NCBI GenBank assembly: GCA_016215325.1
Contig: JACRJV010000027.1
Span: forward strand, 16,090-80,089
From: Candidatus Uhrbacteria bacterium
Lineage (GTDB): Bacteria; Patescibacteriota; Patescibacteriia; JACRJV01
Direction: 5' to 3'
DNA: 64,000 bases
This document shows positions 54,478 to 61,764 of this stretch, piece by piece. Both the position numbers and the translations under genes were made by a program. The notes below the pieces were generated by a model, which worked only from the letters and a program-made list of their open reading frames with translations, searched no databases and was not told the origin of the DNA. How positions within the stretch are numbered: position 1 is the stretch's first letter; the number at the start of each line of letters is the position of its first letter.

Positions 54478-56016
54478 TTACCGTTCAAAAAATTCCCTTG
54501 GGAAATTCATCTTCACTGCGCGAAGGTCTCGCACCAGCAGGGGGTGAATAGCCTTCACTTTTTCGAACATCTCGTAACAGAGATCGCGATAGGAAAAATG
54601 TCCGCCGGATTTGGTGCGCAGTTCCACCATGTGGTAGAGTTCGCGCAAGTTCATTTTAAAGAGAGTTCGTTTTTTCCAACCAAGGGCAATCAGGTATTGG
54701 CTCGCGTACCCCACTGTTGAACGGAGTGTTTCGACACGGGCGCGATTGCGCTGCATGAATTGAGTATAGCGGTCCAGCAACCCCGCATCTTCAATATCGC
54801 GTGGAATTTCATATCCATGCAACGTGCTGACCCCCTGATTAATTTGGCTTGTGATGCGATGGCGTTGGAGGTCGCGGAATGCGCCGTAATCAAAGAGGGT
54901 ATCGAATAGGAGGCCTTGTCCGACTTCGAACTCCCGGCTTACCCAGTCATGGGACCCTCGTTTGTTCTGAACGCTGTCCAATATATCCTGCTTGGTTTCC
55001 AGCGGAAGCGGACGGACAGTTTCTACAATCGTGCGGAATGGGAGCGTTGATTCGGCGTAGAGCAGTGTCGCAATCAATTCATCCTCTGGTGTTATTTGGC
55101 CGCTGATGTAATCAACGCGGGGTTCCGGAATGCGAGATTCGGGGCTTGTGACGCCGGATAACAACCGTTCCGTCCATTGGCGCATGTTCTTACTTTTCTC
55201 CATGAGATATTGTTTGGGGTCGGTATGTTTTACGAGCGTCGGAGCGCCCTTGACTTGCAATGTCAGTTGCTGGCGCAATTCTTGAATCAGATGTGGCTCC
55301 GATGTTGATCCGAGCAAGCGTTCTAATAGTGGTTGGATTTTATTGAATTGCGGATTGTATGCGGCGGTGGTTGCTGCGTGTTGAAGCTCCTTTCCGATCG
55401 AATGCATTTCTAACAGTGGGTGCGCGAGCAGCTTTGAAATGCAATGCCGCAATTCCCGCGCGTTCATGATCATACCAAAATTAGTGAGCGTTGCTGTCGG
55501 CAATAGATACCGCGCAACATCCAAGGCTCGTGCGCAGCATTTGTTGGCATACGCTTTGTCGCTCATCTCCGCAGGCTTTGCGTAGGTCTTCTGATAGAAT
55601 GCGACCATCGCTTCCGTGATCGTCTGGTATCCTTCCATCAAGTCTCTGATCCCTTCAACATACAGGGCGCGCATGGCCGGGTCGGCGAGTTCTTCTGGGA
55701 CAAAAAAACGGTCGATGTGGAATGGTTGATACCGTGTTGATTTTTCTTGGAACGATGCCATGCGACAGTCCTCCACCACTTTGCTGGCAAGAATGGAGAT
55801 ATTCTCCAGCGCCATTGGGATCACCGCCATGTCGGCAACCGATGCATCCCCAAACCCCAACACCCATTTTTCGTGGAATTCGGCGCTTTTTTCCTCGGTC
55901 AACTCATCAATCGTTTCCTTGATCGATGCCCCCGATCGGCTGTATTTTGCCATAGCAACAGCCAAGACTTCGGGCGGGAGTCCTGCGATGGAGAAGATGG
56001 AGCGCTCAAAAGACAT
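54478..56016 (-). CDS. thyX: FAD-dependent thymidylate synthase, tandem-duplicated form (512 aa)
   Basis: ThyX signature RHRxxS (LQRHRITSQ) in the C-terminal half; length is about twice a canonical ThyX. Confidence 0.75.
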   Translation of the reverse strand: MSFERSIFSIAGLPPEVLAVAMAKYSRSGASIKETIDELTEEKSAEFHEKWVLGFGDASVADMAVIPMALENISILASKVVEDCRMASFQEKSTRYQPFHIDRFFVPEELADPAMRALYVEGIRDLMEGYQTITEAMVAFYQKTYAKPAEMSDKAYANKCCARALDVARYLLPTATLTNFGMIMNARELRHCISKLLAHPLLEMHSIGKELQHAATTAAYNPQFNKIQPLLERLLGSTSEPHLIQELRQQLTLQVKGAPTLVKHTDPKQYLMEKSKNMRQWTERLLSGVTSPESRIPEPRVDYISGQITPEDELIATLLYAESTLPFRTIVETVRPLPLETKQDILDSVQNKRGSHDWVSREFEVGQGLLFDTLFDYGAFRDLQRHRITSQINQGVSTLHGYEIPRDIEDAGLLDRYTQFMQRNRARVETLRSTVGYASQYLIALGWKKRTLFKMNLRELYHMVELRTKSGGHFSYRDLCYEMFEKVKAIHPLLVRDLRAVKMNFPREFFER

Positions 56017-56122
56017 AACAGTAAATTTTCAATTATCAATTTTTAATTTTCAATGAATGATTCAATTTAGAATTTTTCAACATTGAAAATTCAATGAAAA
56101 TTTTAAATTGGGAATTGGAAAT
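56017..56122. repeat. AT-rich spacer element (AAATTTTCAATTATCAATTTTTAATTTTCAATGAATG...TTGAAAATTCAATGAAAATT...GGAATTGGAAATT)
   Basis: About 40 nt nearly identical to the fusA upstream spacer; shares a motif with the dnaE spacer. Confidence 0.6.
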
Positions 56123-56557
56123 TTATACCGTGGTTCCCGTCGACCCATATCCACCACGGTCAGCGGCATCGATCTCTTCTTCGGAAAACTCCGCTTTGTC
56201 GATGCGGACAAACACTGCCTGGCCCAGGCGTTCACCTTTTTCAATGGTAACGGGATGGTCGGTAAAGTTATAGAATTGCAAAAGGATTTCGTCGTTTGGC
56301 CCGCAGTAATCTTGGTCGACCACCCCAATGCCTTGCGGGATGGACAAGCCCTTGCGTTTGGGAGTGGACGAGCGGGGGACCACCACGAGCATGTACTTCT
56401 CGGGAGTCTCGACAATAATATTGGTGGGGATCCGTTCTATTGCTTTTGGCGCAACGGTGGTATCAATGCGACTGTACAGATCAAACGCCACCGAACCCGG
56501 GGTGTGGTAGGCCGGCAAGGGCAGGGTGGGGTCGATGCGGTGGATGCGCACCATCAT
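56123..56557 (-). CDS. dut: dUTP diphosphatase
   Basis: dUTPase motifs PRSS and GxIDxDY (GVVDQDYCG); 144 aa. Confidence 0.9.
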   Translation of the reverse strand: MMVRIHRIDPTLPLPAYHTPGSVAFDLYSRIDTTVAPKAIERIPTNIIVETPEKYMLVVVPRSSTPKRKGLSIPQGIGVVDQDYCGPNDEILLQFYNFTDHPVTIEKGERLGQAVFVRIDKAEFSEEEIDAADRGGYGSTGTTV

Positions 56558-56631
56558 AGATCAGTAAGCAGTAAGCAGTAATGGTGCCATCGTTTACGAT
56601 TGCTTCTTGCTCACTGTTTCTTGTTTCTCAA
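56558..56631 (-). promoter_or_regulatory. Conserved leader element upstream of dut: GAAACAAGAAACAGTGAGCAAGAAGCAATCG then CTTACTG heptamer repeats
   Basis: About 30 nt nearly identical to the leader upstream of rplK (58516-58555). Confidence 0.5.
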
Positions 56632-57222
56632 CTAAGACTGGAAGTCTTCCGGCAGAAACTTCGTTGAGGTTTGTCCGGTTTGCTGTTTAAACCGTCCTTT
56701 TTGTTGATATGAAAACTCCACCGGAGAGCTTAACTCTTCGAAGGTGAAACTGCAAATGCGCATCCCGGGGTAGAGCGCCACGGGGATCCGGCCTTGGTTG
56801 CCGAGCTCGAGCATGGGGTTGCCGTCCCAGCCGGGGTCAAAGCGCGCTGCTGTTGAATGGACGATAATGCCGACTCGGGCAAGACTTGACCGCCCTTCCA
56901 GCCGGCCGATCAAATCATTGGAAAGCGTGAGTCGTTCGCGGGTGGCGGCGATAATGAGTTCCCCAGGGTGGATAATAAAACGTTCCCCATCCGGGATCTC
57001 CACGAGTCTCGTGACCGTATCAATCACGAGCTCCTGGAGGGGATCGATGATCGGGAGCTTGTTATAGTCAAATACGCGGAATGTATTGCCTAAGTGGAAG
57101 TCGACAGAGCACGGCCGTAAAATCGAGGACGTAAGGTCCGGGGAAGGTTCCATCTGGATTCGTCCAGCAGCAAACGCGCGGCGGATGTCACGGTCGGACA
57201 AAATCACAATGAAAATTTTCAA
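56632..57222 (-). CDS. dcd: dCTP deaminase
   Basis: ILSDRDIRR N-terminus, FDPGWDGNP motif; TTG start at 57222 or GTG at about 57207. Confidence 0.85.
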   Translation of the reverse strand: MKIFIVILSDRDIRRAFAAGRIQMEPSPDLTSSILRPCSVDFHLGNTFRVFDYNKLPIIDPLQELVIDTVTRLVEIPDGERFIIHPGELIIAATRERLTLSNDLIGRLEGRSSLARVGIIVHSTAARFDPGWDGNPMLELGNQGRIPVALYPGMRICSFTFEELSSPVEFSYQQKGRFKQQTGQTSTKFLPEDFQS

Positions 57223-57280
57223 TACCCAATTCCAATTCCCAATACACGTCGACTATTCATTGGAAATTAGGAATTGGGAA
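57223..57280. repeat. AT-rich spacer element (CCCAATTCCAATTCCCAAT...CATTGGAAATTAGGAATTGGGAATTAGAAATT)
   Basis: Member of the GGAATTGG/GGAAATT family. Confidence 0.55.
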
Positions 57281-57958
57281 TTAGAAATTAATTTTTATGC
57301 CCGGCCCCATGGTCGAGCTCAAGGTCACGGATTTGATAAACGTCCCTTTTGAGGAAGACGGTTTGAGTTTGGGTAAGACGCTCAAGAGTTCGCGAATATT
57401 TTCGATGAGTTTTAGAGCGTCCCAAGATACTTTTCCTACCGGCACGTGAATATTGCCGGTTGGGTCGTTCTTGATCGTCATTTTCCCCTTTTTAAGTTCT
57501 GCAATTGCAGCGGCGAGGTTGGGCGTAATCGTTTGATTCTTGGGGCTGGGCATGAGTCCTTTGGGCCCGAGTATTTTGGCAACACTGGCGAGCTTGGGCA
57601 TCATGGCGGGGGTTGCGATCGCAACATCAGCGTCGAATTTGCCCGTATTTTTAATTTCGGCAATCAGCTCTTCACCGCCAACAGTATCCGCTCCAGCGGA
57701 TTTTGCCTCTTCTTGTTTTGCCGATTCTGCGAAGACCATGATTTTTTTGGTTTTCCCAGAGCCGTGGGGCAACATTGTGCTCCCGCGCACGTTCTGATCG
57801 GATTTGCCCGTATCAATGCCAAGATTCACATGCACTTCAACGGTGCCGTCAAATCGTGCCGCGGACGTTGACTTGACGAGAGCAACCGCCTCATCAAGAG
57901 GGTAGGTCTTCTTTGCATCGACGGTTGCCTTCTTTTTGGTAAAACGGGTACTTGACAT
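57281..57958 (-). CDS. rplA: 50S ribosomal protein L1
   Basis: L1 family sequence; rplK-rplA order. Confidence 0.92.
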   Translation of the reverse strand: MSSTRFTKKKATVDAKKTYPLDEAVALVKSTSAARFDGTVEVHVNLGIDTGKSDQNVRGSTMLPHGSGKTKKIMVFAESAKQEEAKSAGADTVGGEELIAEIKNTGKFDADVAIATPAMMPKLASVAKILGPKGLMPSPKNQTITPNLAAAIAELKKGKMTIKNDPTGNIHVPVGKVSWDALKLIENIRELLSVLPKLKPSSSKGTFIKSVTLSSTMGPGIKINF

Positions 57959-57960
57959 AA

Positions 57961-57993
57961 GGTTCCAGGTTCCAGGTTCCAGGTTCCAGGTTC
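57961..57993. repeat. Heptanucleotide tandem repeat GGTTCCA (4.7 copies) immediately upstream of the rplA start codon
   Basis: GGTTCCAGGTTCCAGGTTCCAGGTTCCAGGTTC. Confidence 0.75.
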
Positions 57994-58053
57994 TCGATCG
58001 CTGAGGTGCGGTGCGATCTGGTCCCTGGGACCTATACCCCTGGCCCCTTCGTG

Positions 58054-58479
58054 TTAATCAACAATCTCCACGCCCATGCTTTTTGCAGACCCCTCCATCA
58101 TGCGGATTGCGCTTTGCAGACGCGTGGTGTTCAAATCAGGGAGTTTGCGTTTGGCGATTTCTTCCAATTGTTTGCGGCTGATTTTACCTATTTTTTCCTT
58201 TTGTGGCTTGCCAGAACCTTTTTGGAGATTCATCGCTTTCTTAATAAGTTCCGCCGCCGGGGGTGTCTTTGTGATAAAGTCGTAGCTGCGGTCTTCGAAG
58301 ACGGTGATCACCACCGGCAATACATCGCCGATTTGTCCTTTGGTTTTGTCATTAAACTTTTTGCAAAATTCCGCAATATTCAAACCATGTTGCCCCAACG
58401 CCGGACCAATGGGGGGCGCGGGGTTGGCTTGTCCCGCCGGGATTTGGAGTTTGATGGTTGTCTTCACTTTTTTGGCCAT
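58054..58479 (-). CDS. rplK: 50S ribosomal protein L11
   Basis: [32 protein letters not shown]; start at the internal Met. Confidence 0.92.
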   Translation of the reverse strand: MAKKVKTTIKLQIPAGQANPAPPIGPALGQHGLNIAEFCKKFNDKTKGQIGDVLPVVITVFEDRSYDFITKTPPAAELIKKAMNLQKGSGKPQKEKIGKISRKQLEEIAKRKLPDLNTTRLQSAIRMMEGSAKSMGVEIVD

Positions 58480-58485
58480 ACGTTC

Positions 58486-58514
58486 AGTGAACAGTGAACA
58501 GTGAACAGTGAACA
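58486..58514. repeat. Heptanucleotide tandem repeat AGTGAAC (about 4 copies) upstream of rplK, nested in a 12-bp hairpin
   Basis: CAGTGAACAGTGAACAGTGAACAGTGAACA; the mRNA-sense hairpin is AACAGTGAACAA...TTGTTCACTGTT. Confidence 0.7.
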
Positions 58515-58555
58515 ATCGTGATTGTGCTTCTTGTTCACTGTTTCTTGTTTACTGA

Positions 58556-59101
58556 TTACAACTTCTTTATTTGTAAAAAGTCGAGTTCAACGGGGGTTTC
58601 ACGGTCAAACATCGATACCATGATTTTGACTTTGCCGCGGGTGTGGTCTACTTCGGCGACTTTGCCTTCAAAGTTCTTCATCGGACCGTCTACAATTTTT
58701 ACGCGGGATCCGACTGCAACATCGATATCATACTTTGGTTCTTCGACGCCCATGCGTTTTTGGAGTCCTCGGACTTCTTCATCGGATATCGGGATCGGTG
58801 TTGTCCCCGCGCCAATAAATCCGGTGACATTGGGCGTATTGCGCACCACATACCACGAGTCATCTGTGACGATCATCTCCACTAACACATAGCCAGGGAA
58901 AATCTTTTCTTCTACCACCTTGCGTTTCCCATTCTTGATTTTGATTCGTTTTTCTTTTGGCACGAGCACATGGAAAATCTTATCTTCCATGTCCATGGAT
59001 TCGATACGCTGTTTTAAATTGCGTTCCACGTTCTCCTCATACCCCGAATAGGTATGGAGCACGTACCAGCGTCGTCCTTGAGATAATGTTTGCTTAGGCA
59101 C
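58556..59101 (-). CDS. nusG: Transcription termination/antitermination factor NusG
   Basis: NGN domain plus KOW motif (GSRVKIVDGPMKNFEGKV). Confidence 0.92.
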   Translation of the reverse strand: MPKQTLSQGRRWYVLHTYSGYEENVERNLKQRIESMDMEDKIFHVLVPKEKRIKIKNGKRKVVEEKIFPGYVLVEMIVTDDSWYVVRNTPNVTGFIGAGTTPIPISDEEVRGLQKRMGVEEPKYDIDVAVGSRVKIVDGPMKNFEGKVAEVDHTRGKVKIMVSMFDRETPVELDFLQIKKL

Positions 59102-59163
59102 AAGATGCTCGGTGTCAGGTTATAGGTTCCAGGTCGCGGACCGTGCGCTCTGGTCCCTGGTCC

Positions 59164-59367
59164 CTATCGTAACGATAGTAGATACTCCAATCCTTTATTG
59201 AGTCCAAAATCGAACAATGCCAACACTAATCCAATTCCACCGCTGGCGCCAATGACCAAAAGAGTGAGTCGCGTGGCCTCCTTGCGTGTTGGCCATACAA
59301 TATGAGAGAGCTCTGAACGAGCGCCCTTGAAATATTGTACGAACGGGTTCAATTTTGCTTCAGCCAT
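59164..59367 (-). CDS. secE: Preprotein translocase subunit SecE
   Basis: Single C-terminal transmembrane helix; secE-nusG-rplK-rplA order. Confidence 0.85.
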   Translation of the reverse strand: MAEAKLNPFVQYFKGARSELSHIVWPTRKEATRLTLLVIGASGGIGLVLALFDFGLNKGLEYLLSLR

Positions 59368-59461
59368 ATCGCTGGTTTTTAAAATCCCCTCGCTGGGGGA
59401 TCAGGGCAATATACTCAATGATAGCCCTACTATACAGGGTTTGCGGGGCGCAGTCAAGCGT

Positions 59462-59860
59462 TTACATCAACTGGGCAAACGGTTCCATAGTAAAGAGCCG
59501 TTTGACATCATCATCGTTGAGCATGTTCTTGGAGCGGAGGATGTTCACCAGGGATCGAAGTTTCGTGTCTTCTTTGCGCATGAGCACGACAAGGTCTCCA
59601 CGGAGATCGCCGAGTTTCTCGTCCAGGTAGTCTTTGGTGACCATGGTGGCCTCTATTTTATTTAACCGCTGATGAACCTCTCTGAATTGCCCGTCTATTT
59701 TCTTGAATTGTTGATTTGCAGATTCAAATTGAGGATTAACGTTATCCTCAATGACTTTGGCAACTTCTTGGCCGATGAGTTTGAGATCGTTGGAGTCGAG
59801 CATAAAATGACTGGGGAGGTTCAATACAATAAGGATAGCACGGGAGGAACGAGCGGGCAA
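59462..59860 (-). CDS. Hypothetical coiled-coil protein; paralog of 7836..8225
   Basis: Shared MLDxNDL...MVTK(E/D)YLD(R/E)K pattern; likely true start at about 59803. Confidence 0.6.
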   Translation of the reverse strand: MPARSSRAILIVLNLPSHFMLDSNDLKLIGQEVAKVIEDNVNPQFESANQQFKKIDGQFREVHQRLNKIEATMVTKDYLDEKLGDLRGDLVVLMRKEDTKLRSLVNILRSKNMLNDDDVKRLFTMEPFAQLM

Positions 59861-59958
59861 ACACGAGCGGGCAAACTTTTTGACCGTCTGCCCAGTTGCT
59901 GTACAATAGTTCTTGACCAGTGGGTTGTTTTTGGGAACTCAGTAGCGTATTAAAATAT

Positions 59959-61728
59959 ATGGAAAAATCCGCAACAGACCAGTGGATGCCCGGGCCTGAA
60001 GACCCTGGAGTGCTCCAGAAGACAGCCATTTCGGAGCGCGGGCGTGAACAGCTCATCGCGGGGCTTAAAGAGGTGGCCCGCGGTTTGCGCTTGTTTGAAC
60101 GAGCGCGCGAGCAAGCAGAGCCCCTCCCACAGGACGATACTCCTACTGAACTTTCACCCCTGTCGGCCGTTGCCATCGCCCAGGCCGAAGCGGGATTGTT
60201 TGCGCAGGCTCTGAAGACACATCCCCCGTCAGTATCACCGTCAGAATCATGCTGGGATCTGGTAACCCCCCGCATTGCCAAGATCATGGCTGAATATGGG
60301 TTTGGCGGGTGGGCTCTCCCACTAATTGAGAAGATGGCACCTGCCGTCAAAGGGACCGAAGCAGAGAGCAATCGGTTATTGAACGTATTGCGGGTAATCG
60401 CCGACGCGCAACAACAGGCGGGTGAATCGACAGAACGGACGAGAACCCTTATGGTTCAGATTATCAAGGATGGCCGTGAGTCCTTCATGTCCCATTTAAA
60501 TCGTGTAGAGTGGTGCCTCCAGTATGGTTTGGCGGAGGAAGCGGGTCAATTTCTGGATGAAATTAAGGATCCAACCGAGCGAGAGTCTTTTTCTGTTCGT
60601 ATTGCGCTGGCCCAGTATGTTCGTAAACCTGGTAGTGGGGCGCTCAAGACGCTCATTGCAGCCATGAAACGCTCCAGTAATGCAATTGTTATTCGGGAGG
60701 CATTACATCAATTCGCAGAGGTGGGGGATACGTCAGCGATCCAAACCATTGAGAGTGCGCTCCTATATTCTGGATGGCTTACTTGGATAATAGGGGTCAG
60801 CGACACGAATATCGGGGTAAACGATGAGGATATTAACGCGGCGAGAGCGATCGCCGAAATGTATCGAGGTAATCGCAGTAAGGCCGATGACGCGCTCGGA
60901 TTGATTACCAACCCCGTTTATCAGCGGGATGTCCTACTAAAGATGGCGCGGATCGAACTCGCTAAAGGAGATATTGATGCTGCCAGCCAACGAATCCCAA
61001 CGATAGAAAAGCTCTCCCCCCTGGCTTACGAGGAGATTAAACAGTTGGAAATTGGTTGTGTCGCGAAGGCGATTGAGATAAAGCAGTTCGTTGTGGCGAA
61101 ATTATTACTGAACAAAGTTCATGACCCGTCGGCGCGGAGTACATTGCTACAACAATACGCTATTGCGTTTGGACAAAGCGGTGGAGAGATTGAAAATGAA
61201 CTCCAGCAATTGCGAGAACAAAGATGGCAGACCCTTGAAAGCAACAGAATAGATGTTTTAAATGTCTATTTAGCCATCGGTAGATTTAAGGATGCGGAAA
61301 CACTCATCGGTGCGTTGCTGCGTTTTAGGATGAATAAGGAAGACTATACTCATCGATTAGCGCTCGCATTTTTAGCGCATGATCAATTAGAGAGTGCAAC
61401 GCGGTTGCTCACCAAAATCCGTTCTTCGAAGTATCGAGACGCGGTGCTCGAAGGCATCGCGGAATTCCATGCCGAACACGGCGTAGAAATGGATATTTCT
61501 ACAGTGGTCGATGCGATGAGCGCTCCGGAAGCGAAATGCCGCGCATTGGCAAATGCCGGGAAAATTTTTGTGCACAAAGGGCTGGCGCCCGAGGAAATCT
61601 ACGAAATGACGATCGCTCAAGCCAAAGCCGTGGTGTTGGGGGGCGACACTGAGGCGATTGGGGCGCTCAAAATTCTCCGCCCTGATATTATCGAGAGATT
61701 AGAAAAGTCCCCGGATATCAAGAAATAA
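59959..61728 (+). CDS. Large alpha-helical repeat hypothetical protein
   Basis: 590 aa, helical-repeat-like composition; no recognised motif. Confidence 0.5.
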   Translation: MEKSATDQWMPGPEDPGVLQKTAISERGREQLIAGLKEVARGLRLFERAREQAEPLPQDDTPTELSPLSAVAIAQAEAGLFAQALKTHPPSVSPSESCWDLVTPRIAKIMAEYGFGGWALPLIEKMAPAVKGTEAESNRLLNVLRVIADAQQQAGESTERTRTLMVQIIKDGRESFMSHLNRVEWCLQYGLAEEAGQFLDEIKDPTERESFSVRIALAQYVRKPGSGALKTLIAAMKRSSNAIVIREALHQFAEVGDTSAIQTIESALLYSGWLTWIIGVSDTNIGVNDEDINAARAIAEMYRGNRSKADDALGLITNPVYQRDVLLKMARIELAKGDIDAASQRIPTIEKLSPLAYEEIKQLEIGCVAKAIEIKQFVVAKLLLNKVHDPSARSTLLQQYAIAFGQSGGEIENELQQLREQRWQTLESNRIDVLNVYLAIGRFKDAETLIGALLRFRMNKEDYTHRLALAFLAHDQLESATRLLTKIRSSKYRDAVLEGIAEFHAEHGVEMDISTVVDAMSAPEAKCRALANAGKIFVHKGLAPEEIYEMTIAQAKAVVLGGDTEAIGALKILRPDIIERLEKSPDIKK

Positions 61729-61740
61729 CCAAGGATCGTA

Positions 61741-61764
61741 AATAAGGTTCCAGGAACCTTATTA
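61741..61764. repeat. Perfect 23-nt palindrome AATAAGGTTCCAGGAACCTTATT between convergent genes
   Basis: Self-complementary; contains the GGTTCCAGG word that is repeated upstream of rplA. Confidence 0.6.

Noticed and set aside
59368-59461. A tRNA-Trp upstream of secE, as in many bacteria
   Set aside because: No cloverleaf can be drawn on either strand; the region holds only short hairpins.
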